From: Raillietiella orientalis
Lineage: Eukaryota
Reading direction: 5' to 3'
Assembly (NCBI GenBank): GCA_036172245.1
Contig: JAYWIR010000043.1
Span: 1,736,001-1,800,000, forward strand
Length of the DNA stretch: 64,000 nt
Position numbers and translations under genes: made by a program. A model generated the notes under the pieces. That model saw nothing but the letters and a program-made list of their open reading frames with translations, made no database searches and was not told where the DNA came from. This document shows positions 1 through 11,950 of this stretch, one piece after another (the first letter of the stretch is position 1; each line of letters starts with the position of its first letter).

Positions 1-975
1 TGCACGAAGGCAATCCCTCCTTCCGCCTCGGGCATTGCTATCCCTGGCACGGGGCAAAGGGCGGACAACAAAGAGAAGGTTGGTAAACCCGAATCAGTAA
101 GCCCCTCCCCGTCTGCAGGATCTGGGGAGAAGCATCGGGATGCAAGGCAAGTTCAGGATGTCTTGCGAAGCTGGTCCGGTCCTCACGCTGCCTCCGTCAC
201 ATCCTTACTTCTGACACAGGACTGAGAAGTGCACGCGCATTCGTGGCTGATCTTGTCCGGGGACGCGAAGTGAACGTTCCTCGTTCCGGAGGAGACCTCG
301 GTGCATCAAGAGAGATAGGGAAGGGAGGAGGAGTGGGCGGAGTAGCAGTAAATCCGCTTCTGGACCAGGACAAGTGTGGTCCCAAAAGCTTCCAGATGCG
401 GTGAAACGAAAATATTCCCAGAACCTGTTGACTGAAAGTACAGGAGTGTTTTGCTAAGGCCCTGAGATCTCCTGGGGGAACCTGAAAGACTCACTGGGAT
501 GCCCCTTCACGCTCAGTGTTGCCAGCGGGGGCGATCGCAGCCTTGTGCTGCCTTCGCGGATCCACGGAGGCGAGAAGTTGCGTCTCCAAAGACCAGACAA
601 ACATGGACCCCAGACCCATCGTGTCTTCCTTTCTAAGGATGGCGATGAGATGAACGCACTCCTAGAGCTACAAGGAAGAACTTGCCTGCATCCTCTACAG
701 GATGCTGAGGGCTGCAGGGAGATCACCATGATCCGTTTCTCTTCGCAGTTTTTTCAAAACGAATTTTCGCTTTTTTTTTCTTCCTTTTCTTTTCGTTTTT
801 TCATTTCCCCTTTCTCTCTCTGCGTGCAAACCTTGCTGAGCAATCTGCTTGCTGGAGGAAACGCCTCCCGGACACGCAGCGACCCAGTGAGACTGGTAAT
901 CTCACTGCAAAGGAATGACTTCATCCTGTAATTATTGATTGTTCGTTTGTATGCGATGAATGCCCCAGCGTGACC
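1..975 (+). mobile_element. Decayed 3' portion of an L1/Tx1-like non-LTR retrotransposon (ORF2 C-terminus, T-rich 3' UTR, degenerate terminal motif)
   Basis: Translated fragments SRCGETKIFPEPVD (~392-435, zf-RVT-like) and AALCCLRGS (~537-563) match the C-terminus of the better copy at 5551-7680. T-rich UTR at ~740-820; degenerate terminus GATGAATGCCCCAGCGTGACC at 955-975. Confidence 0.7.
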
Positions 976-999
976 TTCTCATCCTGAAGAGCCTGGCCA

Positions 1000-3900
1000 T
1001 TCATCTAAAATGAATAAATCAAATCGCACAGTCATGGACGGAGAAGAAACTATCTTCACAGGGAACAAAACAAGGGAGGAGTGGAGGGAGAGAAGGGTGA
1101 GGACAATGAATAAATAATTAAACAGGGAAGGGGATGAACCAGACTCACGGTATTCCACTGGGCTTCCGAGGCCCTGCGTCTGGCAGGGAATGGTCGGAAG
1201 GGAGAAGGTGCTCCTCTCATCGGTTTTGGGCTCGTCTGACCACAAGCGTTCTGAGATTCCCTCGTGCCCCACTTCCAAGATTGGGCCATTCCGTCGTCCT
1301 TCACATGTAGCTGTTTCATCCTCCAGTTTAAAAGTCGCCGTTGCTCGTTCATGGCAGAGCATATCCAGCGACAAGGCGATTTCCAGACCAGGAGGCGTGA
1401 TCATGGAACCAAAGTGCCTCAGAGAGGCGTCCCATCCCTGACGCAGCATCCCGCACTTCAGCAGAACGCGCAGGATTCTCCGCCGTACCGCAGTGGGAGC
1501 TCCCCTTGGACGGTCTCCCCGCTGAGACGCGGTGGCGGCGTTCCTTAGTACGAGGAAGTGCCCAGTGCACCAGCAAAATGGCAGACTGCTGGTGCCGGAT
1601 AAGGAGAGGGAGGCGTTGACGAGGAATCACGGGATCTTGATGTTCCCCAGGGGAATCCACATAGATTCCATCCGGGACCCTGAGCTAGAGCTTCTGAAGG
1701 GGCCTCTCTCTCTAGTCGAGAGGTTTTCCATTAACCAGTTGACAGTTCATCTCCCACGCTGCAGAAGCACTCTCTTCCCTCTAATCCCAACGGTGAATTG
1801 AAGGAGGCATGGCCCTCCTCGATGGTCACGCTCTGAATCGGGGGAGCAGGCTAACATAGTCCCTGCAAGGCTGAGTTTCTCCAGACGACTGGTGACGCTG
1901 TTGTTAGGAAGTGGGTTTGGACTTTCCACCCGTAGCCGCGTTCTCAGTAATTCCTGACGCCAAGCATTTTCGTTCCGTGAGGTTGTGCAGTCATGTCCTT
2001 CCATCAGCAGCGCATTCGGGCGAAGTGGGCGATTCTCAGCTCTCTCTCGCTTGCGGTTACGTGAGAGGATAGATGCCAATCCTCTGCAGTTTCTTGCATT
2101 CTTCAGGACGATGAGCGAAGGGAGACTCAAGCTAGTGCTCCACGGTCTTTTCAGGAAGGACAGCCTCTTGGACGATGCCTGCATCTGCAACCGTTCGGCG
2201 GAGGATAAGTTCAGGCTGCCGTGTTGGAGTGGGGAGGACCAAGTCTTTCAGTCGCACCTTGGATATGGAGGACTCTCACAAGGGCGCTCTCCATCAGGCT
2301 GGGAGCGTGACGGCGCACCCAACAGTCTCCGGGATACACAAAAAAAAATTTGGGGGGGTGGAGAGGGGTAGTGGAAACGGAAGAAGAGCGTCGCAAAAAT
2401 GTTCCACTCTTCTGCCCTCTCGGGCAGCAGCAGTTCGCTGTCTTGAAGGGGACCAGGGCACGTTGAAGCTTTCCCAGGTGCGCGGACTATACTTCCCTTG
2501 GGACTTCCCAAGTAAACTAGGGATCCTCCCACGGGAATTCCCAAATGAGGTCAGTCCACGTCCATCACTGAGTCCAAAGCCGTGATTCGCGACTTCTGCC
2601 TGTTCACCTGCACGCCGGCGTCCTCTGCGGATGAACTCGAAGTGTACCAGAGTATCTTTTGTATCAGAGAGGAATTAAGTGAAAATTGATATTTGATATT
2701 CGAATGTTAATGAGTTGAATAAATGTCACGAATGCTCTTGCTGGAATGCGCGTGAGCAGCAGAAGGATCAATTCGTGGGCGTAGGTCACCCCATCAGGCG
2801 TGCCATTGGAGCTGGACGGTAGGCAGGCTGGAGAGTGTGCTAGTACGCGTTCAGCACCGGTTCAAAGAGCAGGCTGATTCAATTCCCAGACCTGACTCTT
2901 CGTGTGACCTTACGCCTCCGGTGAGCGGACCGCCGAAAAAGATCGAGATTTTCGGATTGCACCGCTGCAAGCGCAGGTAGGCGAGGAAGCTGACTGGAGA
3001 GTCGGATCGTTCCAGCGGCTTGGAAAGGAGCTCCTTGTCGGAGTAGTCGACAGCCTTTTCAAGGTCGACTGGCCGTGTTCCCTTCTGGAGTGGAATCCCA
3101 CGTGGACCCTCAGCGGAGATCTTTTTTTTCGAAGCGGCCATGCCTTCTTCTTCCTGAATGAGGTGTCGACGTAGATCAGAATGGCTACCATGGTTTGACC
3201 TGAAATGGCATAGGTCTGCTTCGGGCTGACTATGGATCCATGTTCCCATGCTCTGCACCTTGGACTGCGCGACTCCAGCAGTGAGCAACCCATTCGAGAA
3301 GGAGTGCGCAGTGTTGGTAGAATAAATCCCGCCGACCTCAAACAGCAGCTCCGGCTTATACCCTTTAGAGCCCTGTAGTCCCCTTCTTTCACAATGGCTG
3401 CCAGTGATGGTGCGACAGCCACTGTGCTCTATGGCCTTTCTGTGGTGGAGGTCGATTCCGTGGGGAAACCTCTTCTCCCCGGATTTCCATTGCGGCGTTT
3501 CCCGGCACTGCTGCCTTCCAAGCACCTCCGAATCACCACACGACCCCAACAAAAGCAGAACTCAGCTGACGGAGCACCAACAAAACACGACTGCTCGGTG
3601 GGAACTTCTTCGACGGTTTTGCTTGAGGAGACACCCACTGCTTCGTCCATCGCGGGGCGCACCCGACCTGCACGGTGTTTCAACTCGGATTTACCCGCCT
3701 CAGCAGTCCAAGCGAGACAGCTGGAAAGGCCATGGACCTTTGCTGGCGATCCTTTTCGATTCGTCTGATGAGTAGTATCTTCGTATTTAGATTCCTTTTC
3801 CTGTCTAATATCAGTGGAAGCTGCTTTCCCGTTTTCGAACGGACAAGCGATTCCCAAATAAATCTGAAAAGCAATAAATCTTCTCACGAAATCTTGTCAG

Positions 3901-4900
3901 ACCCAATAAGAGTAATTCGCTGCTCTCATTTTCAGGTACTTTTGAGAGCGGACCCCTTAAGCATGCAGCTTCCAATTCGCAAAATTAACGAGCACCAGAA
4001 ATCTGGCTACATTATGTGCAAATCATTTCAGGAAATGGATTTGCATCCGAAAACGGATGAGCCCGCTTTAATTCATAGATCCAAAACCGATGTTAGAGAG
4101 TTCGGTGTTTGGAATGTCTCCAGAACAAAAAGTAAAGAGGTTCCATGCAGCTAAAGAGCTCATTCGTTCTCCAGTCATTCACATGAATTCGGGAACCATC
4201 AGAGGAAAAAGGCAAACACAGAGAAACACAAAAGGCCGTTCTCTCCAGAAACCACTTCTGGTGTTAGTTGTAAGCGGAAAGCATGTACACCCGTCCAATG
4301 TGGTAGCATTGATGTTGAGATTAGCAAGAAGAACTCCAGGCCATCTGAAGAGGAAGGCAGCTTCCGAATCCGAGGGAATCCATCAGGAAAGTATTTTTAA
4401 GGTTTAGATGAACAAAAAAGAAAGAATAGGAAAAGGGCGCATACATCTGATAGGTGCACTTCATGTGAAACTAAGGACGTTGCACATACGGAGCATCCAT
4501 CAGGACCTCAGCTTGCGGGATGTAGAATATCGTCCTTGGTGGGAAGTCGGTGATGATTTTCAAGAAAGAATGTCACAAGAATTTGTTTGGTAGGGAGAAG
4601 GGCTAAATCTTAAAAGGATCACGTTTGCTGTAACTGGAGTTCTGGATTCTACGGAAAGAAGTGAAACTGTAGAAGTTGACTGATCTCTGGATTGGAAAAT
4701 GGGGTGAGCTGTAGGACTCTTTCTGGGGCACTAGATTCTTGGCGTGTAGCAAAGATGTAGGGTCATGGAATAAGTGCAAAGTTTAGGTAGCAAATGGAAA
4801 GTCTCTTCTGTAAGTGTTCAGACCGGATATCCGAGCATGAAATTGACTGGAGCGGATGATTCGCTAGAGATGATTGGGGATAAATGGCAAGTGATTCAAC
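1000..4900 (-). mobile_element. Heavily decayed LINE ORF2 relics (APE endonuclease-like pieces and RT N-terminal motifs), probably more than one copy
   Basis: Minus-strand fragments: endonuclease-like ISGLNT..RQES, GVLLANLNIN and DGSRIH (4900-4000); RT-like IVSPKQTYAISGQT and VDLEKAVDYSDKELL (3250-3030); DH...RGR after an endonuclease-like segment (~1830-1750). Many stops and frameshifts. Confidence 0.55.
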
Positions 4901-5550
4901 AGCTGCATATCATATAAGCACTGTTTAGCTACTTCAAAGGCTGAATTTTACCTTGCGGGAATGCAGCCCTTGAGGAAACGGTGGCAAAAAAAACGAAAGA
5001 TCCCGACGGGGCATGCCCTCTGGACAAACCTGTTTTCGGGAATCCGAGGATACTGTTCATTGGCTTGGCTACAACGCGCGTAACCCTTCAACAACAAAAG
5101 CAACTTTCCCCCTCTAGACTGCGATTGGCCGCGGGATGCCTGGAACTGTGGTTCCCGGGGAAGCCGAGAGCCCACGGTAACTGCAACAAGACGGGACAAA
5201 CCTGAAGGGAAGGTGTCCTGAAACTAAACGTTCCTTTGCGGGCAGTTGGCACAGATACACCAAAAGAGACACACCGAATTCTGTGCGCCGCGGGGCAAAA
5301 TATAAAGACAAAGAATGTGCTCGCGGAAAGCACCGGTGAATCGAATGCCGACAGCGACCTGCATGGGAGCGAACGAAACTCGATCGCGATACCTCGGCAG
5401 AGGAAGACAAGCTGGGAGGAGCCGACCATGCGGGATGGCAGCTTAAGGTTAACGGAAAAGAAGGAAAAAAAACAAAGGAAAATCCTCGCGCCACCAGGAT
5501 GAAGGGCAGCGGAAGACGCGGATAAGGCCAGGTCAGGTAAGGGGCGTTGC

Positions 5551-7680
5551 CACCCGGATACGCCGGGACGTTTATTAAAACTCGATCTTGGTCAACAGAC
5601 TACGTGGTATGTGGCCCCACTAACGGCCACACAACACCGGACTTGCCGGGACACCGGGACCCAGCCCGGCCTGGCACTCCTCGACAGTGAAAGGGGAAGG
5701 GGGAAAAACAAAATCAAAAATAAAAATAAACAAACAAAAAGAAGTTGGAGGGCAGGGAAGGGATCACTGTTCGCTGAGAGGAGGGCCCATCCTTCGAAGG
5801 AAGCCCTCGAGGTCCATCCGCATTGGTCCCAGATGGGGCCATCCGGCAGCACTCTGCATGAAGCTTACTGCAGGCTGGATCGCATCCCTCTCGTTCGAGT
5901 CTCAATCTTCGTCGTTGGCATCGCTCCAGGCCGCCACGATGCCTCGAACGCAGCATAGTACTGCGAGGGCTGCGGCTGGCTGCAGGGCATCTTGCACGAA
6001 GAGGAGCCAGAAAACGTCTCTGGGCGCGCTGCCCATAGGGAGCCCGAGGGTCGTCCCAACCGTTCCCAAAGGGGTTGGAGGGCAGCACAATCAACGATCA
6101 GGTGGGGAAGCGATTCCCGCTCCCCACACCTGGCACACGCAGGATCCACCGCTCCCCTTGTCCAGTGGAAGCGGCGTGCGTTGCAGGGTAAACCCCAGTG
6201 CAACAGCAGCAACGCCGACTCTTGCCACTTAAGGGGCAGGATCCTGGATTCGTTCATCACCAGGGGCCCCTTCAGCACATCCATCGGGATGGTGAGCAGC
6301 TCTCCCCATCTCTTTAGTCCTCGCGGCTGGGCGCTCGGGGACGTGGCGTCCGCCAGTTGACCCATGGTCCAGCCGCTCATCATCTTCTCGGTGCCTGCGA
6401 TCCGGCAGGAGACTTGCCACCTCGCCGTCCGGCTGCCGTGAAGCGCCCTCCTCAGGAAGGGCATCGCCGTGGCTAGGGGGGTCGTCTCCGCCCAGTTGCA
6501 ACTCGGGGGAAATTGCAGTATTTCCCGCAGAGTGCGGCGGGCGTATATACCAGTGCGCAGACAGTTCCACGATTCGTAACTCCTCCGGTTCAGCTTTGCC
6601 CAGGTGCCAGCAGTCTCCTCCAACCAGGCGGAGGAGTTGGCAGGGCAGCAAACCATCCGGCTGTTCTCCTTCGCCAGGGTTGCCATGCGCCCGAGCAGTA
6701 GGCCGCATCTTCGGATCTTCCGGCCGCGGCACAGAAGAAAAGACGCGAGTCCATCGCACCGAGACACACGGCTGGCGAGGAGGCGGGCCGGAATGCACCA
6801 TGGGGTGCTCCACAGCTTCGATGCAATGGCCATGGTGCGCCATCGCAGCTGAATTTCGACGCGCTTCAGCGTCAGGAGGCTAAGACCGCCGTCCCGACGC
6901 GGAGCGCACAAGTCCTTCAAAGGGGCTCGGGGCCTCCCCTTGCCCCAGAGGGCGATGCGGAAGAGGTCCTTGGTCCTCTTCTTAATTTCCACGGGGACGG
7001 GGCAAACAAAAAGTAGGGGGCGGAGGATGGGGGCCGCGAAGGCGTTCCAAACCGCGGCCCGCTCCGGCAAGTGAAACTTGCCTTCCAGGAACGGGCCGAT
7101 CGCCAACTCCACTTTCTGGAGACGACCTGACCAGGATTCTGTTGGACAGAAGTCCCCCAACGGAACACCCAGGTACTTCAGGTACCTGGCCGTGGGGATC
7201 CCCAAGCGGATCCAGTCAGGCTGTCCTGCCCACGTCGCACCAACTGCCACCACCGACGACATCGCCTTGTAAACCTGCAGTCCGGTCCCGCGGCTAAGCA
7301 GGTCGAAGAAGTCCCCGACTGCCGCTGCCGGGGTGGACCTCGGCAACAAAAGCAGAAGATCGTCAGCATATGCTGCTACGGCGGGCGTGCCGGGGCACGA
7401 GCTCGGCAGGGGAGCCAAAGTCGCCCTGTATGCTCTCAGCACCAACTCGAAGTAGGTGCTAAAGAGCAGGGGACTGAGGCTATGGGCCCTGCAGCATACC
7501 CCGCCGCACCGGCACACCATAAACGTGCTAGCCTCTGAAATAAATGCTGATCAGTGGTTGCGCCAGTAGGAGTACAGATAGGTCGGGAAGATGACCGGGA
7601 AACCCATGTTCTTCAGGAGCTCCAGAAGAAGCTCATGGTCCATTCAGTCGAATACCTTCTGTAGATCGACTGCACTGCAA
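5551..7680 (-). mobile_element. 5'-truncated L1/Tx1-clade non-LTR retrotransposon, best-preserved copy in the window
   Basis: Carries RT motifs, a C-terminal zinc-binding motif, a T-rich 3' UTR (5700-5760) and the terminal AATAAA plus stem-loop at 5551-5576. Confidence 0.9.
5865..7680 (-). pseudogene. Reverse transcriptase / zf-RVT part of LINE ORF2 (551-aa open frame, disrupted at both ends)
   Basis: Motifs in order: VDLQKVFD*MDHELLLELLKNMGFP (7670-7597, premature TGA), SLSPLLF, AYADDLLLL, KYLGVPL, PRRDGGL, LLHWGLPCNARR, CARCGERESLPHLIVDC. A frameshift near 6085 moves the C-terminus (ALAVLCCVRGIVAAW) to another frame. Confidence 0.9.
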
Positions 7681-7919
7681 GGGCTTAGAATGATTTCCTG
7701 GAAGTGTGCACCAAAGTCTTTTGCTTTTAGAATCTATGCAATGCCGTGCAGCTTAACTTCGATAACAACTTCTCCCGAAAAGTTATTCCCTAAGCAACAT
7801 TCCTTCTGTACTTTCTTCACCTCCTCGAAATTGGCAAATGTGGGGTGCGGCACTTTATTGAGAGCAATACATGGTGACCTCCATTTAACCCCGAAGGGAT
7901 GCAGGACTATGAGTTAAAT

Positions 7920-8498
7920 AGGATGGAGCTATAGGTCCAGTTTAGGATGATGGCCTCGATGGCCCAGAACTGGATGAGGCATTGGTGCCTGCCTGCTCTC
8001 GAAATCCTTACGTGCACCTGCTTCTGGAATGCGATGACCCTCGGAATCGCAGCCACTCCACTTCGACCCGAAGATATCCCGAAGAGCTTCTGCGGTGCCG
8101 CTGCTTCAAGCGGGATGGGTATCCGCCTGCCTCCTCGATCACAATCTTCTACTGCATCAGAAGGATCGTGGCATCCCACAAGACGCGGGAGGCGCGCCAG
8201 CCAGGAAAGAAAACCACACGTTTCAATTCCGCAGTGATGTGGAACGTGGCAAAATGCCCTCCGAAGGAGACCGTAATGAAGGAGAACGCCATCTGCATCG
8301 CACGCAGGTTGCAAAAGAAGCGACGATCCCGGTCTCTTCCGCCCTTTTTGTTTATTTATTTATTGTTTCCTTCTTTTTGCTTTTCTTCCTCTTTTTCCCT
8401 CCTTCCTCTGATATCTCTTAGACTAGTAGACTTACTCATCCACATTGCTTGTTTATTTTGCTTTGTTTGGAAAATAAACTCCCCGTAGTAAACAGGTG
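7920..8498 (+). mobile_element. Short 3' fragment of an L1/Tx1-like element
   Basis: Fragments HLLLECDD and FYCIRRIVAS; T-rich UTR at 8340-8410; terminal motif AATAAACTCCCCGTAGTAAACAGGTG at 8473-8498 followed by AAAA. Confidence 0.7.
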
Positions 8499-9809
8499 AA
8501 AATGGTTTGGATAAGTGCTGGCCCAACGAGCCCCACGTAGCGGGGGTTAAAATCCTGCAGAAGAGATGCTATGGTTTTGTTTCCTTTCTTTTACAGGAAG
8601 TCTAGCTAACTGAAATTCGATGTTTTGAATCCTGCTTTGAAAAGCGTGACACAATTAATTGGAGGCTCGTGTGGCTTAGACCAGGGATATCTATTGGGCG
8701 TATCGACTAGGATATCCACCTATGGAGAACCAGGTTGACTTCCAGAACTCCACAAAGAATCATCGCATGCTGGAATAGTAGGATGTTAGGAAATCCCTCT
8801 GCAAGTTGAGTCAAATGAGTCTTCCACGTAATATGTTAGGCGACGCGGAAGTTGTCTGTGATAGAGGAATCGGAAGACCATAAACATTGACCACAGATCA
8901 CTGTTTCTTATGTTGCATCCTCTTCTCAAATGAAGATGGATAAGTTCTCCGATCTGTTAGCTCATGGAGTGAGATCAATTGAAAAATGCATACCTGCATT
9001 ATTCCATTGATCTCAGAAGACCCACCTACTGCCTCCTACATGCTACATTCTTGGACAAAAGAGCGAGATTTTCAAATGCATATTGCAGAACACAACTGAA
9101 TAGGTTTTTCCGACGCAAATTGGCCTTGAGATTCTGCGAGGTTTCTGCATTGCATGTTTCATATCCATTTGTTCTCTTTTTTTTTCTTTGTATGTAGGAA
9201 TTAGGCTATTCAATCGAACAATGAATTGGTTTACCATTGTGAAATGCTTGTCAAGTTGAATGATGGTTGATTTGCTTCCAACCTTGCTGATATCAAGTAA
9301 ATCTATGTTATCACTGAATATATATTCACGAACTGCTCATTTTGGAATCACGGAAAATCCTTAGATTTTGGGAAACTTGCACACTGGATGGAAGCTGAAT
9401 TGGTTCTTAGGAAACAACCATATTTTGCCAAGATGTTAAAGTTGGTATCAACATCAGGAACCTCTGAAGCTACCCAAGGAACCATATGCATCAGATTTAC
9501 CTAATTTATGTGCTTACAGATGATTGAGGTTTTATAATCCTGTTTCCAAAGCATTTCCTGGATCCTAAGATTGTGCTTTACACTTAATGAATCAAGGGAA
9601 CAAAAAACTGATGATACCAAACTATGCTAGGAATTTACTTGCCATTGGATTTACTTTTGGAAACAAGGTAGATAACTTGGCAAAACGTATTGGTCATCTT
9701 ACTAATAATTAATTCATGGTAGATTGATCTTGCACTAGTATGAGGTGGCACTGTTTGTCAAGAAGCCCATGAAGTCTCAACCTGTGACTTGCTGTAGAAC
9801 AGCAACAGG

Positions 9810-11950
9810 TTGAGCTGAGCAGTTAGTGCATGAATGACTGTGATTAATTCAGTGAATGTGAAAAATATTCATTGCTCCCTGAATCATGAACTTTGCCACG
9901 TTTTCCTTTGGGCCAGCAACACACATTTTTTAGTTTGTCATGTATTTCGCTAACATTGAACATTATGTTGAAATTAGTTGTTTTGTGAAAACGAACACCT
10001 GTGACATGTGCTGGTAAAATTTTCAGTTAGATGGATTCATGAAGCAGTGACCATGAAGACTCAGTTTTGTGGGCACTTAAATACCATTTTTAATTTTCAA
10101 TAATTAAGTTCTGAGCCCTGTTAAACTGAATGAAATTGATGGCATTGTATGGGAACTCGAGTCGTCACTTTTCTACATTGTTTTAGTATCCTTTTGCATT
10201 TGTTCTCAATATTCGGCTGCAATCTGCGAATTGGTTAGCGAATTTCCCCATGAATTTATTTGAAATTTGTTTGCTAAACGATTTTCTTTTGACGAAATTT
10301 GTGTATAACAAAATTATTATTTTTGCTACCATGGAGAAAAAAAGAGGGGATATGTCTTGCCATTTCTTGATCAATAATGACACAATAATGGCCACATGTT
10401 GGTACTGAAAGAATACAATGAGTGTAACTGGAGGCAGTGTTGGGAATTTGCCTGAACACTTGAAAACGGCACCCAACAGTCCGCTTGACCAGAATAACAC
10501 CACCTGGAAAAATGGCTGTCACCCATTCCAAGCACACAGGTTTCTTCTCCTGCCCTATCTAATTCAGAACCTTCTACTGTCACTTCAGCACCAGACAAAG
10601 TCGCAGAAATATTGAGTGAAATTTTTCTACCTGAGCCTTCTACCTCCAGCACACCAATTCCCTTCAGATAGAGCTCAGCATAACAATCATCCATAACATC
10701 TCTTTTATAGACATTACAAATCCTGTCCCTGTTAGAAAAAGCAGACTTACAAGTTGTTTACCAATTTCACTAATAAACAACTTGCAGAAATGACTTGGAA
10801 GAAATTCCATACATTTTCCCTGGTGGAAGATGTTCATGAATTCACAAAAGAAATTGATGCAAAAAAAATTAGTGACTATTACAAAAATCCTTATTTTGTC
10901 CAGGATCATCGCCAGAAACTTAATTACTATGTTACATATCACCCCAGTGATTGCCAAAATGAAGAAAGTTCTCTTAGAAAGGAATTAGGTTTCAGATTTA
11001 GCAGTGGTGATTTAGAGAAGCATCCCATTGTACGAAAAGAGTGTTACTGGGTCCCTGTTTGAAGAAACAAGGATTTTCCAATGATAACTGCTGTAAGGAG
11101 GTTGGAAATGCTGTAAAGCTCCTCTTGTACCTGTACCTTCTAAGCAGGAAAGTGCACCTACAGCTGCACCTTATTTATCCTTGTAGGATGAATTTGATGA
11201 GTCAGTTAGAAAGGTAAACATCATGGCATAATTCTTCTTTGTCCTTCAAATCAGCAGTTTGTACCTCATCTCCACTTCATTTTTAGTTTGCCTATCTAAT
11301 ATTCAGTACTTTTTTTGTTCTCAGTTTACTGGTGAAGCAAATCCACAAATAGCTGGCATAATTGAAGTGGACAAATATTTGGACGAACTCTTACTTCCAG
11401 TTTGGTGGAATGACCGAAAATTTTGCTAATGAGTAAATGCTCGGGAGACTTGGTGTGTCTGCCACTACAGTCCCCTGTGAGTTCTTTCCAAAGCAGGTTA
11501 CACTGTAAATGGGATGAGAACAAGGATGAAATCCTCTAAATTTGCAACGGTAGGTTTTTTAAATCATAATTTATAAATAAGGATAGTGTTTTCTTTGGTT
11601 GTTTAAATAAATACTATTTTGATCCATTATTGTTTTCAGCCACCCCTTCTTTTTTTTAATACCAATACAGGTATTTGGAAAATGGCTCCCATAATAGCTT
11701 AAGATTAAAAAAAAAACAAATTTCACAATTCTGAAGTACTCACACATTAATTATTGATTTTTGAGTGTATTCAAACGTCAATAATACCATCAGAAAGATA
11801 CATCTGGCACAGTAACACGTGACACCTATAAGACAATATTTCCCTATTTGCGTTATGCAAAAGGGAGACAACAGATTGAACTAGTTCATTGAACCGGTTC
11901 GTTACAGTGGCCGATCAAGATAATTCAGCTAACTGGGTTGCCCATCTCGA
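9810..11950 (+). mobile_element. Decayed hAT-superfamily DNA transposon (ends approximate)
   Basis: Contains a hAT transposase relic. Candidate right TIR GCCCATCTCGA at 11940-11950 and left TTGAGCTGAGC at 9810-9820 (8/11 match). Subterminal palindromes GAACTAGTTC (11878-11887) and GAACCGGTTC (11891-11900). No 8-bp TSD is recognisable. Confidence 0.6.
10331..11576 (+). pseudogene. ZBED1/Hermes-like hAT transposase pseudogene with internal deletions
   Basis: BED finger relic CHF...ATCWY*KNTMSVTGGSVGNLPEHLK; KQLAEMTWKKFHTFSLVED; LLGPCLKKQGFSND (LDPRFK-like); C-terminal dimerisation domain EVDKYLDE..WW..ATTVPCE..SKAG..RTRMK...GFLNHNL* ending at TAA 11574-11576. Confidence 0.85.

Noticed and set aside
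5865..7520. 551-aa ORF as an active RT or domesticated gene
   Set aside because: It lacks the endonuclease and RT N-terminus, has an upstream in-frame stop and a C-terminal frameshift.
8600..10100. Apparent multi-exon host gene (AG/GT sites in AT-rich DNA)
   Set aside because: Stops occur in all frames; it is better explained as an old LINE relic plus the hAT left arm.
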